NCBI GenBank assembly: GCA_963705255.1
Contig: OY970061.1
Coordinates: 320,001 to 384,000 of the forward strand
Length of the DNA: 64,000 bases
Direction: 5' to 3'
Origin: an uncultured Methanoregulaceae archaeon
Lineage (GTDB): Archaea > Halobacteriota > Methanomicrobia > Methanomicrobiales > Methanospirillaceae
A program made the position numbers and the translations under genes. Positions 29,904-41,742 of the stretch are shown here, in pieces; the first letter of the stretch is position 1, and each line of letters opens with the position of its first letter. The notes beneath the pieces are model-generated. The model saw only the letters and a program-made list of their open reading frames with translations, did not search any database and was not told the origin of the DNA.

Positions 29904-30534
29904 ATGAACGTCCTGTACGGGAACATTCCGGCCGAGCTTGCCGGGCTGGACCGCTGGGTTGTATGGCAGTACGAAGAGCGGAACGGTACCGATGACCAAG
30001 CCGCCGTATGTCCCGGTACCGGGGAAGAAACGTCACGCCCTTGTCAATGTCCGCTCAACATGGGGCACGTTCGAGCAGGCAAAAAATACCCTTGAATCCG
30101 GTGGTTTTGACGGGATCGGGTTTGTTCTCGGGGAAGGAATATTCGGTATCGATTTCGATCATGCAGACGATGCTATGGTACAGGAAGCACTGTCCCTTGG
30201 TTCCTATACCGAGTGGAGCCCGTCCGGTCACGGGGTGCACGTGATCGGGCGTTCCCGGTTCGTGCTGAAAGGCAGGAAGAAAGGATCCGTTGAACTCTAC
30301 ATGAAGGGACGGTACTTTACGGTCACCGGCTCGCTCGTATCCGGTTCCCCTGCCACCCTCCGGGAAATTCCCCCCGGTCAGATGACTGACTTCTTCCGGC
30401 GGCATTTTGAGGACGTGCCGGCCCCGGCCGGAACGATGATACCGGCTGAAGGGGTCTGGGGAGGGGTGATCCGGATTGGATGGTTCTCTCCCCCGGTCGG
30501 ACACGTGACAGTTTTTTTACCCCGCTCATCATAG
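29904..30534 (+). CDS. Stand-alone primase-polymerase (NrS-1-like) domain, frameshift near 29990
   Basis: NIPAEL...RWVVW, TKPPY, STWGTF, DGIGFVL, GIDFDH, YTEWSPSGHGVH, VELY..GRYFTVTG. Confidence 0.8.
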
Positions 30535-30758
30535 CTGCGGAGCGGATGAACCGGACCGCGGCCACTCCGCGGTACATGGATCCATACAGGACCTTGCAGG
30601 GCTGACGGGACATGACCTGCCCGGTGCACACCCGGAGCGATCCCTCTAGAGACTGATGCGTTTGGCATATGCAATTATCCGGACGTTTCCGGGAACCAGG
30701 CAGTGCGACCTCCGGACCAATACTCAACATTAAATCCTCTGAAACGAATCTTGGATCA

Positions 30759-31535
30759 ATGGAGTATCAGTCACACCCGATCGAGCGGCAGAAGAAACTG
30801 GCGGTCCTGATTGACGCGGACAACGCCCAGGCAAGCATCATCAAGAACCTGCTGGACGAGGTTGCCAAGTACGGCGTGGCGTCTGTGAAGAGGATCTACG
30901 GCAACTGGACCACGTCCCAGCTCCTGCCCTGGAAAGATGTCCTCCTCTCGAACTCCATCATCCCGATCCAGCAGTTCAGCTACACGACGAAGAAGAACGC
31001 CACGGACAGCGCGCTCATCATCGACGCGATGGACCTGCTCCACGCGGGAACCCTGGACGGCTTCTGCCTGGTATCGAGCGACAGCGACTTCACCCGCCTC
31101 GCCTCGCGAATCCGGGAGTCCGGCCTGATGGTCTACGGGTTCGGGGAGAAGAAGACCCCCAAGGCATTCGTGGACGCGTGCGACAAGTTCATCTACACGG
31201 AGATCCTGCGGCCCACGGAACCGGCCGGGACCGCCGCCCCCGTGTACCAGGATGTCTCCGTATTCAAAGACATGAAGAAAGACCAGGGGTTCCTGAAACT
31301 GCTCATGAACAGTGTTGAGGATTCATCGGACGAGGACGGCTGGGCCGAACTGGGGCTGGTCGGGCAGAACATCCAGAAGAAGAGCCCGGAATTTGACTCG
31401 CGGAACTATGGGTTTAAGAAACTCTTCGACCTCATCCGGTCCCTGGACCTGTTCGAGATCGACGAACGGCAGTCGAAGGACCAGGTCGGAAAGATCATCT
31501 ATATCCGGGGACGGCTGAAAAAACCGAGGAAATAA
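30759..31535 (+). CDS. NYN domain protein with C-terminal OST-HTH/LOTUS
   Basis: LAVLIDADN, KNATDSALIIDAMD, SSDSDFT, FDSRNYGFKKL. Confidence 0.93.
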   Translation: MEYQSHPIERQKKLAVLIDADNAQASIIKNLLDEVAKYGVASVKRIYGNWTTSQLLPWKDVLLSNSIIPIQQFSYTTKKNATDSALIIDAMDLLHAGTLDGFCLVSSDSDFTRLASRIRESGLMVYGFGEKKTPKAFVDACDKFIYTEILRPTEPAGTAAPVYQDVSVFKDMKKDQGFLKLLMNSVEDSSDEDGWAELGLVGQNIQKKSPEFDSRNYGFKKLFDLIRSLDLFEIDERQSKDQVGKIIYIRGRLKKPRK

Positions 31536-31671
31536 CCCGGGATGTACCTCTTTTCAAATCTAAATCTTTTCTCAAAAGATTATTCCATTGAAAAATTATG
31601 CTTTCGTATTTTTTTACAATCAAACCACTAATAAGTTAAATCGCATAAATATTGATTAAAGTCAATGAATT

Positions 31672-32257
31672 TTATTGAATTTTAATTCTTTTCATGATTT
31701 CTTTAATTTCGTTTATAATTTGACTATTTTTTTCATCCGGAGATAATTTTTCAATATATGTATCAACAATTTTGTGTAAGTTACACTTTTCTTCCGCTGA
31801 AGCCCATTCTTGAATGTAAGAAATCGCCTTAAGATCCCATTTCACCTGTTCAGGATTATTACCAGATGCATTCATCTGACCTATTAATGAGGCTACTTTT
31901 TCAGCAAAAATTGAGATTAGCTAGCGAGTTTACCAACTCATCGGTATTGTTTACCAACTTATCGGTATTGTTTACCAACTTATCGGTATTGTTTACCAAC
32001 TTATCGGTATTGTTTACCAACTTATCGGTATTGTTTACCAACTTATCGGTATTGTAAGAAATCAAAAGGGCATCAGCTGCTATTACCGTTCCAATAGTAC
32101 CGATGACAATTGACATTTTGTCAATTTGTGTAAGTGAAGTATTGAAAAAAACGTAGTCAATCAATAAAGCAGCAAATGCGAAAAGTAAAAGGAGGATGCC
32201 AACAATGAGCGGAACCTTCCAAAATTTTGATAATCGCTCAACTTCCGTCGTTTTCAT
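31672..32257 (-). CDS. AT-rich membrane protein with heptad repeat (probably one gene split by a frameshift)
   Basis: Two TM segments then (NTDKLVN)x6; downstream helical ORF 31672-31875. Confidence 0.55.
31930..32055. repeat. 21-bp tandem repeat x6
   Basis: Unit ttaccaacttatcggtattgt; first copy has one substitution. Confidence 0.97.
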
Positions 32258-32505
32258 ATTTTTGTATGTGTCAGGGTAACATTATAAAATATTGAATTTA
32301 GTGTTCTGTAGAACACACATGAACAGATTGAGTTCACCTCGGAACTTGAAAATCGTCCAGTTATGAGGGTTCCCCGCCTCAGGGCCTCTTCGAGGCACGG
32401 CGGGGTAATGGGTTGAACCGCCGCGGGGGCGCCCCGTCGGGGGCGGCGGCGTTCATCGCAATGATAAAAGAGGGTTTATCTCCTGTGCTTTTGTGGCCCG
32501 CGTCC

Positions 32506-34149
32506 CTAATAGTCACCCATTCCCGGTGGCATCCCGCCCATCCCGCCCGGTGGCATACCCCCGGCAGGCCCTGCTGCCTTTGACGATGCGATGACATCGT
32601 CGATGCGGAGGATCATGACCGCAACCTCGGCAGCGCTCATGATCGCCTGCGTCTTCACCCGCAGGGGTTCGACGACGCCCGCCTTGAGCATGTCGACCGG
32701 TTTCCCCTCGTAGACATCGAGCCCGAACGTCCTGTGGCCGGCTTCATGCGCAGCCCGGATCGCCACGATCATATCGATGGGATCGAGCCCGGCATTCTCG
32801 GCAATGGAACGCGGGATGATCTCGAGCGCCGACGCAAACGCCTCGATCGCGAGCTGGTTACGCCCCCCGACAGTTGACGCATGGCTCCGCAGCTGGAGCG
32901 AGAGCTCGGTCTCGGGGGCCCCGCCCCCGGCGACAATTTTTGTATCCTTGACGACATCGCTGACTACCATCAGCGCGTCATGCATGCCGCGTTCGAGTTC
33001 GTCGATCACGTGCTCTGAACCGCCCCGGATGATGATCGAGACCGCCTTGGGGTTTTTGCATCCCGAGACATAGATCATCTCCTGGCCGGAGAGCTTCTTC
33101 TCCTCCACGTGGCCGGCAGTCCCGAGATCACCGGCGGTGATGGCGTCGATGCTGTTGACAACCGCTGCACCGGTGGCCCGCGCAAGGTTCTCGATATCGC
33201 TCTTCTTGACCCTGCGGGCGGCAAAGATGCCGGCTTTTGCGAGGTAGTGCTGGGCAGTGTCGTCGATACCCTTCTGGCAGAACACGACGGTTGCACCGCT
33301 GGCTGCGATCTTGTCTGCCATGGTGTGGACCATCTGCTCGTCCTCGTCGACGAATGCCTGCACCTGGTCGGGGCGGGAGATGTTGATCTTCGCGTTGACC
33401 TCCGTCTTTTTGTACTCGAGCGCCGCGTTGAGGAGGAGGACTTTTGCATTCTTCACGACCCGGGGCATCCCCGGGTGTGCCCGTTCCTTGTCGATGACCA
33501 TGCCTTCGATAATCTCGGTATCCTCCACTTTTCCACCGACTTTCTTCTGCACGTTCACGTGCCCGATATCCACCGTCCCGTCAGGATCGGCCACCATCAT
33601 GACCGCACGGACGACAATACCGCAGAGCAGGCCCTTGTACGCCTCTGCACCCTTGCCGCTGATCGCCGTCTCCGCAACGTGGGTCAGCATGGCACCGTCG
33701 GTCGGTTTCACGCTGATGGCAATAGCCGAAAGGATCTCCAGTGCTTTTGCCGCGGCCTGCTGGTATCCTTCGGCAATAACCGTCGGGTGGACCTTCCGGC
33801 TGAGCAGGCTTTCCGCTTTCGTCAGGAGTTCTCCTGCAATGACGACTGCCGAGGTGGTCCCGTCGCCGACTTCGTCGTCCTGGGTCTTGGCGATCTCGAC
33901 CATCATCTTGGCTGCCGGGTGCTCGATGTCCATCTGCTTGAGGATGGTGGCGCCGTCATTGGTGATGACGATATCGCCCATCCCGTCGATGAGCATCTTG
34001 TCCATGCCTTTTGGCCCGAGGGTCGAACGGACTGCGTTTGCCACCGCCTTCGCAGCGGCAATGTTGCTGTTCTGGGCTTCCTGCCCGCGGTTCCGTGTCG
34101 TTCCCTGCCTCAGAATTATAATAGGCTGTCCGCCCAGTTGTTGTGACAT
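32506..34149 (-). CDS. ths: Thermosome subunit (group II chaperonin)
   Basis: [28 protein letters not shown]-rich tail. Confidence 0.97.
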   Translation of the reverse strand: MSQQLGGQPIIILRQGTTRNRGQEAQNSNIAAAKAVANAVRSTLGPKGMDKMLIDGMGDIVITNDGATILKQMDIEHPAAKMMVEIAKTQDDEVGDGTTSAVVIAGELLTKAESLLSRKVHPTVIAEGYQQAAAKALEILSAIAISVKPTDGAMLTHVAETAISGKGAEAYKGLLCGIVVRAVMMVADPDGTVDIGHVNVQKKVGGKVEDTEIIEGMVIDKERAHPGMPRVVKNAKVLLLNAALEYKKTEVNAKINISRPDQVQAFVDEDEQMVHTMADKIAASGATVVFCQKGIDDTAQHYLAKAGIFAARRVKKSDIENLARATGAAVVNSIDAITAGDLGTAGHVEEKKLSGQEMIYVSGCKNPKAVSIIIRGGSEHVIDELERGMHDALMVVSDVVKDTKIVAGGGAPETELSLQLRSHASTVGGRNQLAIEAFASALEIIPRSIAENAGLDPIDMIVAIRAAHEAGHRTFGLDVYEGKPVDMLKAGVVEPLRVKTQAIMSAAEVAVMILRIDDVIASSKAAGPAGGMPPGGMGGMPPGMGDY

Positions 34150-34553
34150 TTCATTCCCTTTTTTATTCCTGTTGTTCATATCCCGGCAAAGCCGTTCATA
34201 CGTCTTGTCCCGCCTGCATCGCGGGCCGGGGTCCGGGTACTCCGGATCCATGAACGGGCCTTGTACCGTGCATCAACCGCCGGAGATTACGCCCTCCGGG
34301 GACCGTGCCCGGTTCGTGAAAACGCCAATCAGCCCGGCCGGGCTGATCCGGGAGCATTTCATCACCATGTCGTGATGGGCTACCATTGCTTCGTGGCATC
34401 ATATGTCTATCTATGGTGGAGGAGGATCTCCGGCCACCGGGGCAACGGGTCGTGGACCGGCCCGGACTCCGGGAACGATCCACCGGATTTCCGGTCTGCC
34501 CGAAGGAAGGGCAGTCATTAATATCCCGGAAAGAAGAGGAGGATCCTGTATGT

Positions 34554-35117
34554 ATGAGTACCTGCGATCTGAAATGGGGCTCGATTACGGCCTCGGGTCT
34601 CCTCGAGCTTCTGATCGGAATTGCAGCGTTTCTCTTCCCCCGCCATGCCATCGGCCTCATCGTCACGTTCACCGTAGTCGTCATCCTTGTCCTCGCCGGC
34701 ACTCTCATTGCCGAGGGGTTGTTCATGGAGGGCAGAGGAATGTCGAAGTGGGTGGTTGCCGGCATCGGCGTGGTGGGGATTCTCCTCGCTCTTGTTGCCC
34801 TGATGTACCCGCAATGGATCGTCGTGACCGCCGGTGTCCTCATCGGTATCTGTCTCATTGTCTTCGGCTGCCTGATGATCCTTGCCGCGGCCACCATCAT
34901 ATTCGATTTCTTTGTCAGGAACATTGTTGCGTTCTCTTCGTTCTTTGCCGTCATGCTCGGGGCCTATTTTGTGGTTGTACCGGAGAACAGCCTGTACATC
35001 TTCACCTTGACTGTCGGGACGTTTCTTATCCTCTACGGGGTTGTCCGGATGGTGTACGGTATCCGCCTGAGAGAATGGCAGAAGACCTGCCCGGCATCGT
35101 ATCGCCAGCAGAGGTAA
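34554..35117 (+). CDS. HdeD/DUF308-like membrane protein
   Basis: About six TM helices with G-L-LELLIG...P repeats. Confidence 0.75.
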   Translation: MSTCDLKWGSITASGLLELLIGIAAFLFPRHAIGLIVTFTVVVILVLAGTLIAEGLFMEGRGMSKWVVAGIGVVGILLALVALMYPQWIVVTAGVLIGICLIVFGCLMILAAATIIFDFFVRNIVAFSSFFAVMLGAYFVVVPENSLYIFTLTVGTFLILYGVVRMVYGIRLREWQKTCPASYRQQR

Positions 35118-35172
35118 TGTTCTGGTTCAGGAGAAATTATCAGATACCACAGGATTTTTCTCCTGTGCATCC

Positions 35173-37720
35173 TCATTCGTTCGCATTTTTACCGGTTGAA
35201 ACCCGGTATCCGCCTTTCGGGACCCGCATCTCGAACCGTGCACCCCGGCCCGGTTCACCGGTTTCGCAGATGGTGATCCCGGTCATGGAAAGAATTTCCC
35301 GGGCCAGGAAAAGGCCAAGGCCGGTATTTTTGCCGTATCCCTGCCGGAATATCTCCTCTTTCTCCTGTGCCGGAATACCGTTCCCGTCATCCTCCCACAG
35401 GATGGTCAGCCCGTCAGGAGATTCGCGGGCCGAGACCCGGATCGTTGTTGCATCTTTCCCGTGCCGCAGCGTATTGTCGAGGAGATTGAAAAAGATCTTC
35501 TCAAGGATCGGATCTGCATACACCTTAAGGCCGTCGACATCTGCCTGCAGGGTTACTTCACGGGGGACGCGGGAGCGGGGGAGGACCCGGGTGAGATCCT
35601 GCCACCGGGGTTCGGTGGAGTCCGAGATCCTGGTAGATCCTGGTAAACTCGATATGCTCGCCGATCGACCGTGTATTGGATTCCAGGATTCCAATTATCT
35701 CCTTCATCTTTGGATCGAGCGGCTCCTGTTGTACCAGCTCGAGGTAACCTGAAATTACCATCACCTTGTTGAGGATATCGTGGCGGGTGATGCTGTTCAG
35801 GAGATTGAGTTGCCTGTTTGCAGCCCGCAGCGCCTCCTCGGTCCTCTTCCGCCCGGAAATATCGCGGGCCACCACCTGGATAGCCGGTCTTCCCTGGAAC
35901 ATCGTGCTGGTCGCGATTACTTCCACGTCGACCGCTGTCCCGTCAAGGCAGCGGAACCGTTCCTCGACCAGGGGGACCGCTGTTCCCGGGGATGCCGACA
36001 TCGTCCTGATCCGTTCGCTCACAAGAGTGAAAAATGCCGGATCAACAAAATCAAGGGTAGCCCGTCCGACCATCTCCGCAGGGCTCTTTGCTTTCACCAG
36101 TCTTGCGGCGGCATCGTTGGCAAAAACGACCGATCGTTCCTGGTGAATGACGACCGCATCAAAGGATTGCGTGATAAGCCGGCGGTACCGCTCCTCGCTC
36201 TCCCGCAGTTCTTCTTCAGCACGTTTCCTGTCGGTGATATCGCGCATCTGGACGATCCGTTGCGGTTTTCCCTGCCACACTATGGAAGTGGATGACGTCT
36301 CACCAGAGAACCGTGTCCCGTCTTTTTTGTAGCCGACAACATCGATCGTGCCTTTGCTTCCATTCTTATTCCAGCAGGAGATCGCATCGCAGGATTCTGC
36401 GGTCAGCATGAATTCAAACCCGTTCCGGCCTATGATCTCTTCGGGCCGGTATCCGAACAATTCGGCAAACCGCCTGTTGCAGTCACTGATGACGCCCCTG
36501 TCGTGGATCATTATTCCTTCCAGGGCGCCATCGGACAGGGTCCGGAACCTCCTCTCGCTCTCCCGGAGCCGTTCCTCCATCTCGTACCGGGCTGTCACGT
36601 CCCTGACCGAGATGATATTGGCCGGCTCTCCCCTGTACGCGATCCTGTTCCCGATGATCTCGACATACAATTTTCTTCCCCGTGCAGTGATCGCAGAGTA
36701 GGTCCGGGTGGTGCCGCTCCGGCCCGGGCTGATGGCAAAAAAATCGCACCGGGCAGCATCCAGTGAATCCGGTGCAACAGTTTCAAATACGGTCGACGGG
36801 AGGCGACCAGACGAGTCGTCGACTTCGAGCATATCGAGGCACGCATGATTTGCGGTGAGGATCCGCCCTTCGAGATCGGTGATGAGGATCCCGTCCAGTG
36901 ACGATTCCGCAAGGATCTGGTACCGCTCCTCGCTCTCCCGCAGTGAATCTTCCATCTGTTTTCTACGGGTAATGTCGCGGGCGAATGCGAAACTGTAATC
37001 TTTGCCATCCTTTGAGACATGATTGGCCATTATTTCCACATCGACGATTGTTCCGTCCTTGTGCCGGTGCCGTGTCATGAAAATGTTCGTTTTTCTCTCT
37101 TTGAGGATCATCCTGGATCTTGCCAGCATTTCCGGAGTAAAATCCGGGTCGAGGTCAAAGACCGTCATGGCAAGGAACTCGTCCCGCGAGTACCCGGTAT
37201 TCCGGCAGGCCGAATCGTTCACGTACAGGATCTTTCCTTCAGAATCCAGCCAGAAGACCTGGTCGGAGGCCCAGTCCACCGAGGCCTTGAGGAGCCTGAG
37301 CTGGGATTCGTTGTCCCTCAGCTCTTTTATCGCCTTCCTTCGCTCGACCGCTTTTCTGATCTTATGGGCAAGTTCGGCGAACTGAGCGCTGGGATCACCG
37401 CCCTTCTGGAGATAGAAATCGGCCCCGTTGTCGATCGCTTCGATCACGATCTCCTCGCGTCCCTTTCCCGTGAAGAGAATGAACGGGATGTCCCCGAACC
37501 GCGACCGGACTTCTTTTAAGAATGCTATACCGTCCATCTCTGCCATCTGGTAATCGGACACGACGGCATCGTATGACGTGTTCTGCATTTTTTCCAGCGC
37601 ATCGGGTGCTGAATTCGTGGTTCCGATCGTAAAATCTCCGCTCTCTTCAAGATAGGTCCTGCACAGATCCAGAAGCAGTTCTTCGTCATCTACGTAAAGG
37701 ACGGAATACATCGAACACAT
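35173..37720 (-). CDS. Hybrid REC-(PAS)x4 histidine kinase (frameshift near 35610)
   Basis: VLYVDDE, DYQM, four PAS domains, ITRHDILN; HATPase NLLDN, DDGNG, GLGL in the next frame. Confidence 0.92.
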
Positions 37721-37992
37721 CGGGAATATCCTGCTTTAGAGAGGTGGGGATTGATAGTTGAATAACTATTCGAAAAAAACTGATTTCCCTGTCTCCCTTA
37801 CCAATAATCCCCCGAAACGCTCGTTGCCCGTCCCGGTTTCCCCCCTCGCAAACCGGTTACTCTCCGTGAGCAGCCTTATCCCGGCCTCCAACCAGGGCGG
37901 GGACCCCACTCCCGGCACGCCCCGGAGCCCCCGGACGTTCCCTTTCCTTATTTATGATCGGAGATCCATTGATCGTTGTTAGAGGAAAAGGG

Positions 37993-38694
37993 ATGGCTGA
38001 TCAGGAGACCGTTCCCTGCCAGGTGTGCCGGGAACAGAAGAGACGGAACGAAGTCGTGCCCGCGGGATCGATCCCCGAATCGATCGCCGGCGTAATCCGG
38101 AGGGAATATCCCGCGTGGTCGCGGGAAGGCTACATCTGCGGCACCGACCTGAACCGCTTCAGGGCGCAATATATCAGGGAGATCCTGGAGAGGGAGAAAG
38201 ACGAGCTCTCCTCGCTGGAAGAGACGATCGAACGGAGCATGAAAGACCACGAGCTCACGGCAAAAAATGTCAATATCGAATTTGACCGGCAGCTGAGTTT
38301 CGGGGACCGTGTCTCCGACCGGCTCGCCGATTTCGCCGGGAGCTGGACATTCATCACCATATTCACTGGTGTCTTTCTCGTATGGATTGCGATAAACACC
38401 ATCGTCCTCGTGTTGAGGCCGTTCGACCCGTACCCGTTCATCCTCCTCAACCTCGTCCTCTCGGCCCTTGCTGCCATCCAGGCCCCCGTCATCATCATGA
38501 GCCAGAACCGGCAGGAGGAACGGGACCGGATGAATGCCGAGCACGATTACGAGGTGAACCTCAATGCCGAGATGGAGATCCACCAGCTGCACAAAAAGAT
38601 CGATCACCTCCTCATCAACCAGGGGGAGCGGCTCCTGGAGATCCAGAGGATCCAGGTGGAGCTGATGGAAGACCTGGCCAGAAGGACCGGGTAA
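37993..38694 (+). CDS. DUF1003 membrane protein
   Basis: DFAGSWTF, FDPYPFILLNL, QAPVIIMSQNRQ. Confidence 0.92.
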   Translation: MADQETVPCQVCREQKRRNEVVPAGSIPESIAGVIRREYPAWSREGYICGTDLNRFRAQYIREILEREKDELSSLEETIERSMKDHELTAKNVNIEFDRQLSFGDRVSDRLADFAGSWTFITIFTGVFLVWIAINTIVLVLRPFDPYPFILLNLVLSALAAIQAPVIIMSQNRQEERDRMNAEHDYEVNLNAEMEIHQLHKKIDHLLINQGERLLEIQRIQVELMEDLARRTG

Positions 38695-39026
38695 GGCCGG
38701 AGGTATCTTCACCGGATCTCCGGTCAGAATGGACATCTCCTGTCCTCCCGCCCGGATACGGCTGTCTCTGATCCTGCCCTGTACCGGATGCCGAAACGGA
38801 GAACGGTGTCCCGGGCAGGGGGGCCCGGGCTGACCCCCGCTGTTTCCCCCGTCGTTGGGACGAGAGAACTACCCTCTTCATCGGATGGCAGACCGGTGCA
38901 CGGAGGCCCGGTCATGCATCGCCTCTTCCTTCACGCGGGGGAAACCGCAACCACCCTTCGTTCATTCCTCTCACTCATATGAACGAATTTTTATGCGATG
39001 ACCTGCAATCCCTACTGGAGTGAGAA

Positions 39027-39365
39027 ATGAGAAAAACGTCCGATCTGGTAGATGAGATGCTTGCCGAAGCAAAAAAAGCCTGGCTTGTCGCAATTGCTGT
39101 CGGGTTTGAAAGCGAGACAAAATTTGTATTCAGTTCGCAAAAACACCCGCTTGAAGAACTGAATCAGTTCGTAAAGGAAGGGGGATCCCCCATAGGACTG
39201 CTGCGGTTCGATAAAGAGGATTCAACAGTCCAGGGGTCATACCGCCCGTTCGAGGAATATGCGGGTGAGGAATGGGTAACGAAATATCTTGCCGGCCTCC
39301 TGGAGAATACCGGGGAGATCATCGGGTTAAGCCGGCAGAAACAAAGTATCCCTGAGGCTTCCTGA
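39027..39365 (+). CDS. Hypothetical protein
   Basis: GGAGTGA SD, protein-like composition, 112 aa. Confidence 0.75.
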   Translation: MRKTSDLVDEMLAEAKKAWLVAIAVGFESETKFVFSSQKHPLEELNQFVKEGGSPIGLLRFDKEDSTVQGSYRPFEEYAGEEWVTKYLAGLLENTGEIIGLSRQKQSIPEAS

Positions 39366-39529
39366 TACCCATCCTCAACCTCTGCAATGGTTTCTGGATA
39401 CGTTTTCAGGATTTTTTTCCTGCAGTCTCCCGTCCGGCGCCCCGCCGGAATTATGGTCGGAAGGGGTGCATTTTTCCCGGCAGGGCGGCGGGTCGATTAG
39501 AAATTTTTTGGCGGGAGCATTTTTCCGGA

Positions 39530-39953
39530 TCAGAGCGGCCACCTGCATTCCCGCCCGCTCTTTTTCAGGGCCCTGCAGCGGTTGAAGTAGGTCTCGCCCC
39601 AGATCCACGGCTGGTAGGTGCAGCACATCTCGGGTTTCATCTGGTGGATCCCGCAGAGGTACCGCTCTTTTGCCACGCGGCGCAGGAACGGGCAGACCGT
39701 GACGTACTCCCCCGTGTCGGGGTTGCGCATCTCGACAGCGACAACATTCCCGAGGTCTTCTGCCCGGAGCCCGGCACAGTTGACCGGGGTGCCCGTCTCC
39801 ATGAACGCGACGAACCAGCGCAGGATATCCGTCCGTCCCTGCTCCATCCAGACGTACACGTTCGGGTACTGTCGGCGTAATACCGGGGCCGAAGATCCGG
39901 CAGCAGAGCCCGCACTGCTCGCAGGGCCCGTCTTCCGTTATCTGGTCATCCAT
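39530..39953 (-). CDS. YkgJ family cysteine-cluster protein (frameshift near 39868)
   Basis: CEQCGLCC, then CPFL, CGIHQMKPEMCCTYQP. Confidence 0.85.
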
Positions 39954-40010
39954 GGGTTCCCATCCACTATTCATCCGGCATCTGGATAATGGTTTGCCGG
40001 TACGCCGCCC

Positions 40011-40507
40011 GAAGAACGCTTCCACCTCATTCCCGGTCTCTTCTCCTCCGCGGGCCCGGCGATCCAGTCGAAGAACGCTTCCGCTTCATTCCCGGTCTCT
40101 TCTCCTCCGCGGGCCCGGCGATCCAGTCGAAGAACGCTTCCGCTTCATTCCCGGTCTCTTCTCCTCCGCGGGCCCGGTGATCCAGTCGAAGAACGCTTCC
40201 GCTTCATTCCCGGTCTCTTCTCCTCCGCGGGCCCGGTGATCCAGTCGAAGAACGCTTTTGCCTCATTCCCGGTCTCTTCTCCTCCGCGGGCCCGGTGATC
40301 CAGTCGAAGAACGCTTCCACCTCATTCCCGGTCTCTTCTCCTCCGCGGGCCCGGCGATCCAGTCGAAGAACGCTTCCGCTTCATTCCCGGTCTCTTCTCC
40401 TCCGCGGGCCCGGTGATCCAGTCGAAGAACGCTTTTGCCTCATTCCCGGTCTCTCCTCCTCCGCGGGCCCGGCGATCCAGTCGAAGAACGCTTCCGCGTT
40501 CTTCTCC
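40011..40507. repeat. 59-bp tandem array, 8 full units plus a terminal hairpin unit
   Basis: Unit gaagaacgcttccgcttcattcccggtctcttctcctccgcgggcccggYgatccagtc starting at 40011, 40070, 40129 ... 40424; partial unit at 40483. Confidence 0.97.
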
Positions 40508-40599
40508 GGCTCTCACTCCCCTTCGGGGAGTGATTCGCCAATGCAAGAATTTATACGGTATCGGAAACGCAATCTGGATCAGGACATCGGTGAAGGACC

Positions 40600-41742
40600 A
40601 TGCTCTACAGGAAGATGAACAAGGCAGCACCGGGACTCTCCATCCTCGGGTTCGGGTGCATGAGGCTACCTACGACGGAGGACGGGAAGATTGACGAGGA
40701 GCAGGCAACCGGGATGCTCCGCTACGCGATCGATCATGGCGTGAATTATGTCGATACCGCGTATCCCTACCACAACGGCGAGAGCGAACCGTTCGTCGGG
40801 CGTGCGCTCGGCGGCGGGTACCGCGAGAAGGTGCACCTCGCGACCAAGCTCCCGAGCTGGCTGGTCAGGTCCCGGGAAGACATGGACCGGTATCTCGATG
40901 AGCAGCTCGCCCGGCTCAAGACCCGGACCATCGATTTTTACCTCGTGCACGGGCTCAACCGCCCGTTCTGGGAGAACCTCTCGGCGCTCGGGGTCACGGA
41001 CTTCCTTAACGATGCGATCGCCGACGGGCGGATCCGCCATGCCGGGTTCTCGTTCCACGACAACACGGCGCTCTTCAAGGAGATCGTAGACGGGTACGAC
41101 TGGACGTTTGCCCAGATTCAGTACAATTTCATGGACGAGCACTACCAGGCGGGGACGGAGGGGCTGGAATACGCGGCGAAGAGAGGGCTCGGCATCGTGG
41201 TGATGGAGCCGATCCGGGGCGGCCTGCTGGCACGGAACCTCTCGGGTATCAGAGAGATCTGGCAGAAGGCGAATATCCGGCGCACGCCCGCAGAATGGGC
41301 GCTCCGCTGGGTCTGGAACCACCCGGAAGTGACCGTCGTCCTCTCCGGCATGTCGGCACCGGAGCAGGTCCGGCAGAATGTCGCCCTCGCCGAATGCGGC
41401 TTTGCGGGTTCGCTGAGCAGAGCGGAGCTCTCCCTGTTCGGGAAGGTCAGAAAAGAGCTGGAGAAACGGATCCTGATCCCCTGCACCGGGTGCAAGTACT
41501 GCGTGCCCTGCCCGCACGGTGTGAGCATCCCGGAGTGCTTCGAGATGTTCAACCGCGGGCACATCTACGAGGATGAGGAACAGACAAAGCAGTACTATTC
41601 GATGTTCCTCGGCGGTTTCTTCGACGGCACCCCCCATTTCGCTTCGCTCTGCCAGGAGTGCGGGGAATGCGAGGAGAAATGCCCCCAGAGCCTCCCGATC
41701 CGCGAGAACCTCAAAAAAGTAGGGGAGTATTTCGGGAAATGA
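40600..41742 (+). CDS. Aldo/keto reductase with C-terminal 4Fe-4S dicluster
   Basis: LGFGCMRLP, DTAYPY, ATKLP, CTGCKYCVPCP, CQECGECEEKCP. Confidence 0.95.
   Translation: MLYRKMNKAAPGLSILGFGCMRLPTTEDGKIDEEQATGMLRYAIDHGVNYVDTAYPYHNGESEPFVGRALGGGYREKVHLATKLPSWLVRSREDMDRYLDEQLARLKTRTIDFYLVHGLNRPFWENLSALGVTDFLNDAIADGRIRHAGFSFHDNTALFKEIVDGYDWTFAQIQYNFMDEHYQAGTEGLEYAAKRGLGIVVMEPIRGGLLARNLSGIREIWQKANIRRTPAEWALRWVWNHPEVTVVLSGMSAPEQVRQNVALAECGFAGSLSRAELSLFGKVRKELEKRILIPCTGCKYCVPCPHGVSIPECFEMFNRGHIYEDEEQTKQYYSMFLGGFFDGTPHFASLCQECGECEEKCPQSLPIRENLKKVGEYFGK

Noticed and set aside
29904-30534. Provirus or integrated plasmid
   Set aside because: No integrase, structural genes, att repeats or tRNA in the vicinity.
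31930-32055. CRISPR array or iterons
   Set aside because: Contiguous in-frame 21-mers inside an ORF, with no spacers.
40011-40507. CRISPR array
   Set aside because: Units are near-identical along their whole length, with no unique spacers and no cas genes nearby.
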